Origin: Psammoneis japonica
Lineage: Eukaryota
Direction of reading: 5' to 3'
DNA length: 64,000 nucleotides
NCBI GenBank assembly: GCA_008632985.1
Contig: QPGO01000081.1
Coordinates: 248,001-312,000 of the forward strand
Position numbers and translations under genes: made by a program. Shown here in pieces: positions 47,545 through 60,130 of the stretch (positions are counted from its first letter, which is position 1; the number at the start of each line of letters is the position of its first letter). Under the pieces are notes generated by a model. That model did not search any database, was not told the origin of the DNA, and saw only the letters and a list, made by a program, of their open reading frames with translations.

Positions 47545-49899
47545 TTCACACTCCTAAACCCCAAATTGCACACCTTTTTTTGGCACTTTGCGCAGTGCAC
47601 ACAATTCCACGTTTCTCTGGTGCTGGATGACAGCAAGACACACAGCAATCCAATTGAGTGAGAGTTCAACCGCCCTGCATGCATTGTGAATTTCAAAGAG
47701 GAGCTGAAGGTGTGCAAGGAGAAGATTGATGAAACAGATGATGACCATTGGACCACTCTTGAAGGGGCGGATGAGCATGACACCATGCTTGCATTGAAAA
47801 AGCAGGAAGAAGCTGGAGATGAGAGAATGCAATCCTTGAAGAACACATGGGCCGACTGGCTTGGAAAGAAAATGATGCAAAAGTTGCAAGGGGGGTTTGG
47901 GAATGGTGGCGTGTTCACCATGAGATGCATTTGGCCATGTCTGAAGCTGTGTGTCCAGCTGGTGGTCCTCGTGCAACTTTCCAGTGCTCCAGTTGAGTGA
48001 GGTTTTTCTCAGCTCAAGCACATCATTGAGACAGTTCAGCACAACAGGCTGCATGATGCCATTTTGTTGCAGCTTTTTTCTCATTTGCACAAGGGATGTG
48101 ATGTCAATCAAGACCATTGGTGGTGCTGCAAGAGAAGCCCAGAGTCAAGAGAGCTCTTTCTCAGCTCGAGTGTGCTTGCATCATGGTGCAATTTTGTTCT
48201 GTGTCATTTTTTCTTCTCATTGGCAAAAGGGGTGTGGTTTGGTGGCAATGCAGTGTGGCAGCAATGTGGCCAACATGATGCAGTGGTGACATGATGCACT
48301 GGCAATGTGATGTGGTAAAATGCAATCGAGAAGCAATGAATGGTGTCATTGCTGCATTGCTGGCAACAAAGCATGGTTGCCGGAACCTGGTGCTGCACCA
48401 CACACACTCTGCACAGTGTGCACTCTTCGCAATGCATTGCGCACTCTGCTGACAGAAAATCCCCACTTTGCGCACAGGCCCATCCCTCTCATGCCTGGGT
48501 GAGCTCGTGGTGCAGTGCAGCAAGTGGGCGGGTGTCTGCGGTGACCGAACTTGGTCACTCGTGCTCTGTGTGAGCATGCCTCTTCTTGCTTGCTTCTGTC
48601 TGTAGACTGTGCATTCTGCCACATTCTCCTTGGCTCACTCACGAATGCTTCTTTGTCAAGTCTTCTGAGCTGGATCTTGCACTGCAATGATTGCAGTCAT
48701 CTGCATGGCTCTGTTCTTTGTTGTTCATGCCTGTGCAGCGTTTGACGAGACAAAAGAGAAAATTTGTCTGTAAGAAGCATGAGCTGAAAATTGGGTTCAA
48801 GAGTGATGCACAGAGAATCAGCCCAATGACACTCATGGAATTGGCAACAGCAAGCTGCTGTGACTCATCAATCTGGGAACTCGTTTGGCTGCATTGGAGT
48901 TTGCTTTCATGTGTCTGTTTGTTCTCCTTGCGTCATTTGGATTGAGCGAGATTGCATTCTTGACTCTTCATTTTGTGGCACACTGTTGATTGGCTGGTCA
49001 CCAAAGTCACACGCACTGTTGCATGCAAGACCAAGTTTGTGCACTCTGAATTGGAGGATGCTGTTGAGCTCATGCACAAGAGTTCAGTGATGGACAAAAG
49101 TTGCCATGCTGTTGTCCCGCATTCACTGGAGAGCATGGAGTTGAAGCACCATTTTTTTCATGATTTCCAGTGCCAGGAAATGAAGCTCCAACAACTGATG
49201 TGATGGCCAAGAGGAGGTCAACCATGATGCAGCACATTCTGGTCTCTTTCCACCAGGTTGTGTTGCAACCAAATTGACATGTGTGAGCACAAGTTTGCCA
49301 CAAGAACACACCAAAAAGCTTTCCATCACTCATCTTGGCCTGTCCTGATGAACAATTTTGCCCTGAATTCTGTCTTGGGGCAACTCAACAATCAATCGCA
49401 CAATGCATCCTCATGGCACCACAAAAATGCCAGATCTTTCCATTGCCATTGATTGTTGGAGTTGGTTGACCACAGTGTCCTCATGGACAGCTGAACAAGT
49501 GGCAGCGGCACTGCATTTCATTGTCAGGTGTGCAGCTTTTTAGTGGCACTTGGACCTTGTCAGCCAGCATGTTGCTGTGCGGGCAGTGCTGCAGAAGCAT
49601 TTCACCTGAAAACAAACAATTGTGATTTTTTCTTGATTTTGCAGCAGGCTTGCTCAATTCACAAAGCTGTCCCTCCCTTGCATGCACCTGCTGCTTGCAG
49701 GGAAGAGCTCAATCTTCAACAAGACATTCAGGACATTGTCATGTCACACAGCTGACATCGCACACATGGCAGACTCAACTTCATGCACACACACACTTGC
49801 TCTGAATCATCATCAAGACTCAGTTGCATCCAAACTGCTCCCACTCACTCCACCTGAACATCCCTCCATGATTCATCCACCCTGGGGAGTGTGAGAATG

Positions 49900-51482
49900 T
49901 CCACAATTCTGATGATGAATTTGTGTGCACCTTGCTCATCACTGCTCACTCAGCAGCCCCTCCAAATGAGTTGCAAAATGATCTCCACCCCACCATGGGG
50001 AGCTCTTTTGGGGGGCAATGGTGTGGTGGTCTGACAATCACACAGTTGAGCATTTTGATGAAGCTCTGCAATTGTTGCACTTGTGTCATGTGAAACCCAC
50101 AGCTTTTGATGTGATGAAAGTTTGCTTGCCAACAACCTGTGTGAGAGAAGGGCTGCAACACGGCCACCAACACACATGTTGACAGCATTGAGACAGGCTG
50201 CCTGGGACAGTGCCAGAGTTGATCAAACAAGAGCAGAAGAACATTGTTTTCTGCACTTTCCCCAAGGCATTGGAGCAATTGCATGTTCAAGCAGGCAAGG
50301 ATTTGGCAACAGACTCCATGGTTGAAATCCAGACCTGCGTGGGCAACAAAAATGTTTTTGCTGATTCCAATGACTCTGAAAGAAAGTGCAAGAACAATGA
50401 GTCTGGCAGCAGCAGTGGCAACTTGAACAAGCAAGGCAAAAGCAAGCATGCTGATGGCAAGAAGCAACCCCACCTGAATGATCCATGTCCAGTTCCGTGG
50501 CATCATGGCAGGCACACTTGGGCTCAGTGCTGTGACAACTCAAGCAACGCCAACTGCCGTGGACCTCAGAACCACACTGGTCAAGGTGGCAATTGCAACA
50601 GCGGTCATGGACCAGGCCATGGAGGTCATGGCAATGGTTGAGGCCCCGCAGATGCTTTGGAGGCAATGGATTTGATTGGAGCAACAGCAGAGGCAGGCTG
50701 CAGAGGCCAGCATCACAACAACTGCAACAACTGCAATTGGGGTGGCAACCATGATGACAACAATGACAACCAGAATGGCAGCCAACGGTGTCACAAACAA
50801 TGATGGGGGGGGGGGGTGCTGATGATCATGGTGGCCAAGGTGTGGCTGACAGTTGTGCTGCTTCCAGAGTTCAACAAGATGAGATGTGCTGACAGCTGTG
50901 CAGCTTGTGCTTTTGTGCTCCTTGTGTGCATGGCATTGTTTTGGGCCAAGATTTCCTGGACAAGTTTGGGCTCCACCTCAACTTTGAAACAAGAACACTG
51001 TGTTGGCTTGACCATGTCATTTCCATGAAGGAGCCACATCATTGGCTCAAGTCACACAACTGGCATGTTGCCTGGGACAGAATGGATGAGTTCAATGAAG
51101 AGTGGGAAGAAGATGAGTCAGATTGTGGCTTCACATGGATGAGCTGCATTCTGGATGCCACAAGTGTGAGAAAGCAGACACAGTGATGCCACAAAAACTC
51201 TGGACAATCCAATGGATGAGCAGAAGGAACAACTGCAAGTGGCATCAGAGAAGCACAAAAGATTGTTCAGCAGGTCACTGGGAAAGTTCAAGGGCAAAAA
51301 AGCGCATTTGGAAGTCAAGGAAGATGCTGAGCCCCGCCATTCCAAACTGCACACAGTGCCTCAGGTCAATCCAGTTGCATTCAAAAAGGAGCTCAAACAT
51401 TTGCTTGGTCAAGATGGGGGTGCTCCCCAACCTTGTGGACTGACAGAGTGGGTTGCAGGCACTTTCATCATTCCAAAAAAAG
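49900..51482 (+). mobile_element. Ty3/gypsy LTR retrotransposon relic (gag, protease, start of RT), truncated
   Basis: Gag knuckle DPCPV..H..HTWAQC..N; protease end HGIVLGQDFLDKFGLHLNF..W..ISMK; RT start KRLFSRSLGKF..HLEV..AEPRH..VP..FKKEL..TEWVAGTFIIPKK. No LTRs identified. Confidence 0.8.
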
Positions 51483-51900
51483 TTTGGCAGGAGAAAAAGG
51501 ACTGGCTGGCAAGCTCATCACAGGAATTCAAAAAATGCTGGCAGTTGCCTCCACCAAGAGAAAGCTCCTTTGTTTTGTTGGCTTGGCACAAGGTGGGGCC
51601 TGCTGGGGAGAGAGGAGCTTAAAAGAAAAATGTTCAAAGATGAAGTCATTGTCACCAAAATCTCTTTTCATTGTTCTCCTTTTTTGGAAAACCAACGGCT
51701 GCCAAGAAAGACCAAAAAGTGTTGTGGCACTGAAAAACATGCAAAGATGAGCTGTTGGTGTGACTGCAAATTGTCTGTTCATTTTTCTCCTTTTTTGGGA
51801 ATTCAAGATGTGCTGAGAAAGACCAAAAATGTTTTGTGGCACTGCCTGCACTTTGTTCTTTTTGTGTGTGTGCTGGCTCCCTCCTGACTTCACATGACTC
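51483..51900. mobile_element. Dispersed repeat copy 2, abutting the gypsy RT
   Basis: Homologous to 37722-38110; begins immediately after the FIIPKK codons. Confidence 0.75.
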
Positions 51901-53841
51901 ACAAGACCTGCAATGTGCTTTTTGCTGGCTGCTGGGCAGATCATGTTGTGACTTTTCCCAAAAATCAGAGAATTTCAAACAACCAAGCTTAGCCAAATGA
52001 AGTGCACACAGGGGTGGTCCTTTTTTTGCACCAACTCTTTCTCTGGGATGAGCAGACACAGGAGCTCAAGTGAGGAAAAGCAACTCTCTGGCCCACTGCA
52101 TTGTTTGTGTGGCAAACTGTCTTTTGCACAAAGCGCACCCAAGTGATCTCTTTGCAGAGGAAAAAAGATGCAAAAAAGAAAAGGCACGACCTCTGTGGCC
52201 AGTGCACCACATTGTTGCAATGTTGCTGGCTCTCCTTGGGTCACTGACACGTGTCTTTTAGAGAAAATGAGAGAGTGTGTTGCAATGTTCTCCAGTTTCC
52301 TGGGAGCATTTTGCACCTTTGGGATGTCTTGCAGCAAAGCTTTCAAAGAGATTCATTGTTCACATGAGCATGGCAAAAACATGAGCTGAACATGGCACCA
52401 GAAAAAATCAGGGAAAGAACAGACCACTTGTGCAGAGAGTGGCTGCGAGTCCTCCTGAATAACAGGGGTTGAGCAGCACGTTCCTGCCTGCTGGCACAAA
52501 AGCCACATGTGAAAATGAAGCAGGATTTTCAAGGGTCAACTTCAGCTGTGGCAGTTGAGACTTTGTGGCCTGCTTTGTTGTGACAACAAAGAAGTGCAAT
52601 GGCTGCTGCAGAGGTGCAAGTGGAGATGAGAGACACTTTGATTTTTTGTGGCACACCTTGCCTCCTGTTTTTCTCAATTTGACTCAAGTGAATTTTTCAC
52701 TTCTCACAAGGGTCCATTGCCTTAAATTGCACAACCACTGAAGGCATCTCTTTTGTTGCATGAGTCTTTGTGGCTGTCATTGTGCATGGCAAAACCTGCT
52801 GTGCCCAAATGCAAATTGCCCAAGCATGGTTGCCTTGTGCTTGTTTGGAGGAAAATGCCAGAAAAAGCAAAAGCAACTTGCTCCCCAACAAATGCAACAC
52901 AAGAAGCGCTGGCATCCTTCAGCCATTTTGAAGACAATCCATTTCCTCCTTGGCATCCATGAGCCATTGGCACAGCAGCCAACTCCACCCCATTTTGAAC
53001 CAAGCATGACATCTCAGTGGAATCATGATTTGCTGTGACTGCTTTCTGCTGTTGATGCATTGAAGCAGAGCAGCATTGTTGATGAGATGAGCAAGAGTGT
53101 TGAGGTGATCATTTGCAAGCACTGTGATGGCACTCAGAGTGTGCAAAGCCATTGCCAGTGCTGCCTCCACTTGGCACAAAGCATGGGCCACTGCAAGATG
53201 CACCAGTTTCAAATCCCATCTCAGGTGACTCTCGAAAAGGCTCAGAAAGCCAACATGACAGCACATGCACAGAAGAGACAGTGCCTCTTGTTTACAATCC
53301 AGTCTGTCAACAAATGAATGGTTGCTTGGAAGGTCATGCTGTGAGGGCCTCTCAAAGAAAATGATGAGACAGAGGGCTTTCTTGGCATGAGCATCCAGGC
53401 AAATGCAATGTAGTGCACAGGGAATTGCCTTTCTGCTGTTTGAGCTGGTGTTGGAGACGATTCATTGACAGTGTCAGACCATGTGAGTCTCCAAGGAAAG
53501 CCAAGGGGCACTGCTTTTGTTCATGTCTGCATCTATTCAAATGGTCGGATGCCATTTATCATCTGTGGAACTGGATCGAGTCTGATGGAAAAATCCACAA
53601 AGTAAGAAGTCTAACTGAAGGAACCTACCCACTAATTCCAACAAAGACGATTTTCACTGTAAGAAAGGTGTGATACAGAGCGAATCCCTCCAAACAGTGT
53701 AGTAGAATTCGTTGCAAGACAAAACAATTACATATATAATATCCTTAGTTCCGAAAGAGAGGCAACTGCTATCTTTTCACTTGGCTACTCCAAGTACACA
53801 CAAGTGGGTCAATCGTGGATATTTGAGAAAATCGCAGCTGT

Positions 53842-56800
53842 CTAGAAGACATTTAGACTGCGCTCTTTGAATGCAGCCTTTCTGCTCTTCGACGCTGACT
53901 TTCCGTTGCCTTTCTTGGCAAGATCTCTTTCCTTGGCTTCCGCAGCTAGTGTCCTCCACTTTCTTGCCTGCATTGGCGTTCTCTGAACGGGAGATAGACA
54001 TAGATTTTCAGGTGTCGCGTTCACATGATGCTGTCTCTGTTCACGAGGATTCACAGGCGCAAATGATCCAAAAGAGGGCGCATAAGAAAACGATTGAGAA
54101 TACGTAGACACCGACTCCGCTTCTTTTTCGCTTATGAATGTCTCGTCTGCAATGCTATGATCTTCAATGTCATAGCTTCCTTGCGTCTGTACCCTAGGAG
54201 GATGCTTTACTTCCTTTGTGAGGGTGGAAGCAGACGGTATCACAGATTCGTCGTTTGTGGAAAAACGGCGACGTAGCGTCGAAACGGAAGGTGCTTCGGA
54301 GGTGTCAATCGAAGGATTGCTCACAATCTGGTCAAACAATTCTTGAGCTTCATCAGAAAGAACACTCTCCTCATCTTCTATCTTCTGAGTATCGCCTGAT
54401 TCCTGATCATCATCCTGAGCATTCGACGTCCTTAGATGTGTGAAGATGTCACTAGCACCTTCTGTAGATGTAGGGGAAATTTCCGTAAAAACCTCCTCTT
54501 GGCTGTCTTCCGTTTCGAGTAAATCCCCAGATTGTTCCAGTACAGCAGTCTCTTTTGGTTTTTGCTCGTCATCAATGTCATCGTGCTTCCGAGAAAAGAT
54601 CGGGTTTTTCAGCTTGGCTGGACGTGGCGCTATTACTCCGTGGCCACCTGTGTCTCTTCTTACGTCTTTCGGTTGCTCCGTATTCTTGATTCGTACGTCG
54701 AGCTCTGTAATTCTAGACGAGACTAGCCCATACTTAGGACTTCGTCGAGCAAACTTCTTGGGCGGAGTCTTCTTTGCCGGAGTGTGTTTGGCTGGGGGGT
54801 TCGCAAATTTGTGCTTTGCTGCATAGAATCGTTTCATAGGAGAGGTAGTGGGGTTCGTTGCTCCTTCGATCTTTCCAATTACTGGCGTGACGGAGCTTAA
54901 ATTCCCATCTGCGGATTCACGGTATGACCAACCAGAAACCTTGGGATGACTTGACAATGATGCCTTCTCAGCATCACAGTCACTCGCGTCCTCCTTGACA
55001 GGAGCTTTCTTCAATGGCTTGGTAGAGAGATTGGTTTGGCGCGTGTTCTCCGAGAGATCCGACAATTTACTCTCTACCGTGGGCAGTTCAACATTACTGG
55101 GCTGACTTGACAAAGATACCTTTTCTCTATTCGAAACACGGGCTTCCTCATGAACCGGATCTTTACCGGAATATACGGTTGAGCTAGCTGTTTGACGCGT
55201 GTTGTCGGAGAGATCGGACAATTCGCTCTCCACTGCCGGCAACTTAACATCCTTCGGGTGGTCTGTCGATTTCTTTGAGCTTGTTTTACTGCCGTCTGAG
55301 AATCGAACCTGTTTGTTGCTGCTCCCTTGGGAGCTTTTAGTTCTGAAAACACTTCCTCCTGTAGTTGTGCTATCGTCATATGAAGAAGTCTGTGCCACGG
55401 ATGGACTTTCAATCGCGTTATAACTCTTGGCAGGAATGGAAAACGTTGGCCGAGTACGTAACGCCAGGTTGGTAAGTCGGTTGCGTGAAGCGGAAGTCGT
55501 TATAGCAAAATGCGACTCTCTTGTCAAGCTTGGAGGATGAACAATGTTTACGGCTCCATGAGCGTAGCTTGGAGAAAACAAGAACGCAGCATTTGAAAGG
55601 GCCTGGTCAGAGACTGGTGGGTATGACACTGAACCATCAAGAAGCGAATCGTGAGTTGGACTGTAAATTGCTAGAGCCCTTGTTTTATCGGATGCTTGTG
55701 GAGGAGATAAAGAATCTTTCGTCTCCTTCCTTTCTTGGAAGATCTTTTCCTTCATCGCTTTCCTCGAAACAGTTTTGTCTGGAGCCTCTGTTGCTTTGTC
55801 GAGATCCCGTTTCACGGGGCTCTTTACAGTCTGACGAAGAACCTCAGTAGACACTTGATGAGGAGAGCTCTGACGGAAAGAAACTGGGAACGTTTCAACT
55901 GGTTTTGAACTCGTTTGTGTAGTCTGCTTTCCTGGTTTGTCAACCGCGTTGCTGTTCGGCTTCCTGGTCTGCTTTTCCTGTCTCTCTACATGCCCAGACT
56001 TTTGAGATACAGGCTTATGGGTCTCAATCACGCTTGGGGCCGACTCAGTCTGCCGAAGAGACAAGTTGTGACTGATGCTCGAGGTCGCTTCCTCCAGCAC
56101 ACTTGGGGCGGTTTCGTTCTGAACGATTGCCGGTACCGACGACTCCTTGTTATGGACCAACGAGCTTTGGGGATTCGCTCGAGATTTCTTCGCTGCATCA
56201 GCCTTGGAGGACATTAGCATTGGCTGGCCATCAGGAGTAAGCTTCAGCCAGGTTGTATCCAGTTTATACGAAGCATGAGTTGATACCCTCATGTTCGGCT
56301 TACCCGGCCGCTTCACTTGATCGTGACTCTTAGTCTTTCGAACGTCATGGTTGGCCATGTCGTGTCCCTTCTTGGAGACAGGATGCCGAGCTGTGTTGCT
56401 TCTTTCAACCACGTCGTTACTTTTGGAGCGGTGAATATTTTGACTTCGAGGCTTGGAATGAGAACGACCTCTCGTGATCTCTCGCGAGCCAGCGTGCCTT
56501 GCTTCTGCTGCTTGGATACTGCGACCACTCCTCCGTCATGGCCCACGTCTTGCGGTTTCTGGTCCTTTCGTTTGTCACCACCGGTAAATAAAGAGGCTAT
56601 AGGACTTGATTGAGATTCCGGAGAGCTCATGTAGTGAGCATTGCGCGCTCCAATGGCGTTCTGACTCACTGGTGGGGAGGTTTTGGCGCTGGCGAGCCTC
56701 TTGAAGTACGAATCTTCGTGATGAAGCGCCATTTCTGCAGAATTTGCGCCTTCCAAGTGCATCATGTGAAGACTAGAGCAATCCTTGCTCTCCACCTTGG

Positions 56801-57719
56801 ACAAAGCAGATGCCTTAGTACTAACTCTTGATTCTTGAGATTTAGCCTTCTCGAGTGGCTTCTGCTGCTGTTGTTTGTTCGAGATATCCGTTTGTTCCAT
56901 CATTCGGATGCATTCCTGCATGTTGCGGTAGTGCTCTTGATTCATCTGCAGCTGCATGTCCCGTCGATCTTCTGCCGAGTCGGATGAATATCGTAGCATA
57001 CGCTCGTCATCATTGTAAAGACCGCGGCGACGCTCGTTGAGATGGTCGTCGCCATAGGCGTCCACGTGGCGAGGACGCTCGGCCACACAATTCCCAACAG
57101 TTTTGGACGGGATGCTCTTGACCTTCTTCATGACATGGCGATCACGGAGATTTTTGACTGCTGCTTTTGAGTAGCGCTTGCCTGCCTTGCCTGTAACCTT
57201 GAGACCCGACTTGATCTTCTTGGCAGCGGGGACAAGAGCGTCCGTTTTGACCTTTTGTGCCGCCGGGACGAGAGCTTCATCCTTTACGGTTTCCACCTTG
57301 TGAGCACTTTCTTCCACACAACCCATAAATGCTTCCTTGAACCGTTGCTGACGGGTCGGCGGTGCCGATCGAGAACGACGACGCCTGGCCGAGTTGTCCG
57401 TGGAAGGTCTCTGCCCTCGGTATCTTGCGTTTCGGCGATCGCCGCCTACACTGTCATCGCGAGATTCCTCTTGAATGGTCGGAGGCGCAATTTGTTGGGA
57501 CAAACGTCGCCGTGATTCATATTGATGACGTTGATGCCTGTATGCAATCCGGGACGGCGCTGAAATGTCCGACTGAGGCGAAATGAGGTTAAAGTTAGCC
57601 GAGCTGGTCTTCCATGAGGCCGGAGGGTCCACACCACCGTTACCTCGCCTCCTCTGAACGTCTCTATAGCGTATCTGGCTAGGAGGTAGGTGATTGGGTC
57701 GAACACCGTCGTGCTTCAT
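53842..57719 (-). CDS. Large S/K/T-rich disordered protein (two ORFs joined by one apparent frameshift near 56450)
   Basis: Overlapping 470- and 856-aa ORFs of the same composition; conserved-looking C-terminus LSPVQRTPMQARKWRTLA; function unknown. Confidence 0.65.
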
Positions 57720-58296
57720 TGTCAAACGAAAGTTTGATATTCGACTCCGTTCGAAACGAGAATCCGCCTGATCAACGATCTATGCCGTGCTCTGCGCCGT
57801 TGCGTTTCGTCGTTGGCTACTTTTACAAAGACAATGCAAATATAATGGACTTGAGCTGTGCGGTGATAGCAAAGTGGAAAAGTTGTTGTTATTCCTTGCT
57901 TGCCGTTCTCTCTGGTCTTTTGTGTCTCCCTCGCTGATTTTGCGTGAGTTTTGAGATGGCGGGAAAAATGTGGCGGTCCAAATCTCATGAATCTTTTTGA
58001 AACGGACACATGAATTGGGGTTCGGGAATTGTATCCATTATTGTATGCTATCATTTCATATTTTTCATGTGTTTCATATAAAATTTAAATATGACTTTGA
58101 ATACAAATATAATTCTTCAACGGGAAAAGTAAGAAACAAGACTAATCAAGTACTAGGACTTTATAAAATAATGAATTTCTCTTTATTATTCATGAATGGC
58201 GTCGGCCCGTCGGTCGTACGTCGGAGCTGAACGTACGAGGCACGATACGGTAACAGCAACAAGCAGCACACAAAAAAGAGTTGATTTGGATTGACA

Positions 58297-58830
58297 ATGA
58301 GCATTGACCCCCCGACGCTCGACGAAGCATGCCAAAGAGCTGGTAAGAACGACAAGACCTTTCCATATATAGACTTGAGTGGAAAGAGAATAGGCGACGA
58401 GGGCGCTATACGTTTCGCAGAGGCTCTCAAGGGCAACACACACGTCAACATAATATTTTTACCCTGCAATGGCATTGGGCCTCGAGGTGCCAAAGCCTTG
58501 GCTGATGCACTAGTGGGACTACAACAAATGGAAGAGGTGTATATAGCACAGAATCGAATAGGTGATGAGGGTGCCAAGGCGTTTGCTCGATATATCGAGA
58601 ACGCCAGCAGGACGCTCAATGTGTTGGATCTTTCGGCAAACAAAATCACGGCCGAGGGAGCCGCGGCGTTGCACCAAGCAAAGCATCATTTAGGGAAACT
58701 TGCGCTTATTGGGAACCCATGTCAACACGACAAAGTGGCAGGCGCTCAGTTTGTGCCAGAAACACAAGGCACCATGATTTATTCACTTTGTTGCGAAAAA
58801 ACAAAACAATTGGTGGAAAAAGAAAACTAG
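58297..58830 (+). CDS. Ribonuclease-inhibitor-like LRR protein, 177 aa
   Basis: Four repeats of the type LxLxxNxIGDEGAxxLAxAL. Confidence 0.85.
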   Translation: MSIDPPTLDEACQRAGKNDKTFPYIDLSGKRIGDEGAIRFAEALKGNTHVNIIFLPCNGIGPRGAKALADALVGLQQMEEVYIAQNRIGDEGAKAFARYIENASRTLNVLDLSANKITAEGAAALHQAKHHLGKLALIGNPCQHDKVAGAQFVPETQGTMIYSLCCEKTKQLVEKEN

Positions 58831-59308
58831 AACAGCCAAGAGGAACAGGTGCACGTGTACTCGTAGCTCCTACTTCTTAGAGGCGCTAAGGCATCAGAGA
58901 GAACATATCCGTCAGTTTAGAGACGGGATAGAGAAAATAAAGGTCATCTCTTTGTGAAATTAGGCATGGAGTATGGTCATCAAAGAAACGAAGGGTCACA
59001 CGAGGCTTACGTTTGATATTTCCCAGGTCTTCATGGTACAATACGATAAGTGCGCCTTTTACAATTTCATTGCATCCACAATCCGCATTGCATAGTCTAG
59101 TGGTTTTGCATAGTGGTGTGGGCTCCAATGAATCATTGACCATAACATGTTTAGTCCTATGGTTTGATGATGGCATGCCCGCAGTCGGCACAGATGAGAA
59201 GATAAGCACTTGTGCCACACATAAGTAGGAATAGGCTACTAGGTGCTACTGTAACTGTTTGTGTTGCCCCATTGGATAAATATTTCAAATATACCTCCGA
59301 ACTTTCAG

Positions 59309-60130
59309 CTAATTCTGTTTCTTTTGCTCCTCATCATGCATAGACTTCAGATTCGTCACCTTGAGTTTACCGTCCGCCGTGTGTTCGGCTTCTCCAACAT
59401 CATACAAACGCGACCAGATGAACCACAGACCCACTTTGAACTCCTCGAAATCGACCACGCCGTCGTGATTGGTGTCCGTGTCTCCGAACACTTGTTTGGC
59501 CACATTACATGCATCGGGGAGACCCCAGCCTTCAAACAGCTCTTGCACCTCTTCTAGCTCAATGGTGTTATTTTCTCCAGCAATGATGTGAAAGGCCGCC
59601 CTGGCGACAGCCAAATGCTCGTCTTCCGGGTGCTTTTGCTTGAACTCAGCCAAAGTGCCGTGGAAATCAACCGTCTTGCCATTGAACTCGTCGGGAAAGA
59701 CATCTGCAACGGACCGATTGACTTGCAGAAGATTTCGCATGTCGGGCAAGAGCAGCTCCAGGAGAGCATTCCACGCGAAAATGACCGAGACCAGTTGCAC
59801 ACATCCCGTCGGTCCAATGGCCACGGGAAAGTTGGTGACGCATGCCGGAATGAGCGCTCGATCACAACTCGTTTCGCACTCCACACCGAGCTTCAATTGA
59901 ACCTTGAAGAACACTCGCACCAAGGCAAAGCAGTTGACAGCGTAACCCATGGAAACGACGGACTCGGTCGATCCCTTTTCAAACCAGACATCGGAGCACT
60001 TGACGAAAATAAAGAGCGCAAGGAAGCAGTGCAGTGGTTGCATGAGCTCTCTATGACCATGAAGGTTGCGCGATTGCCAAAACGACGACGGCACGTGCAA
60101 GAGCAGACATTCGTACAGTGCCGGTGCAAC
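59309..60130 (-). pseudogene. Membrane + EF-hand protein, apparently 5'-truncated and TA-eroded
   Basis: EF-hand DTNHDGVVDFEEF and upstream hydrophobic helices; no clear ATG before the block F core; TA rare but CpG abundant from about 59440. Confidence 0.6.

Larger units (their letters stand above)
41340..53550. other. TpA/CpG-depleted hypermutated block E (nested TE and pseudogene cluster)
   Basis: About 12 kb with TA rare and mostly in TTA/TAA context; contains repeats, a gypsy relic and a HET-like/TPR pseudogene. Confidence 0.9.

Noticed and set aside
47600..49740. Possible MULE/SWIM transposase remnant
   Set aside because: Only vague Cys/His spacing, which the mutational bias generates anyway; no catalytic motif recognisable.
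41560..53550. Dense overlapping Cys/His-rich ORFs in all six frames (also in blocks B, C and F) as novel metal-binding proteins or an alternative genetic code
   Set aside because: They are a by-product of TA loss: TAA/TAG stops and Tyr codons vanish while TGY/CAY rise. Flanking genes use the standard code.
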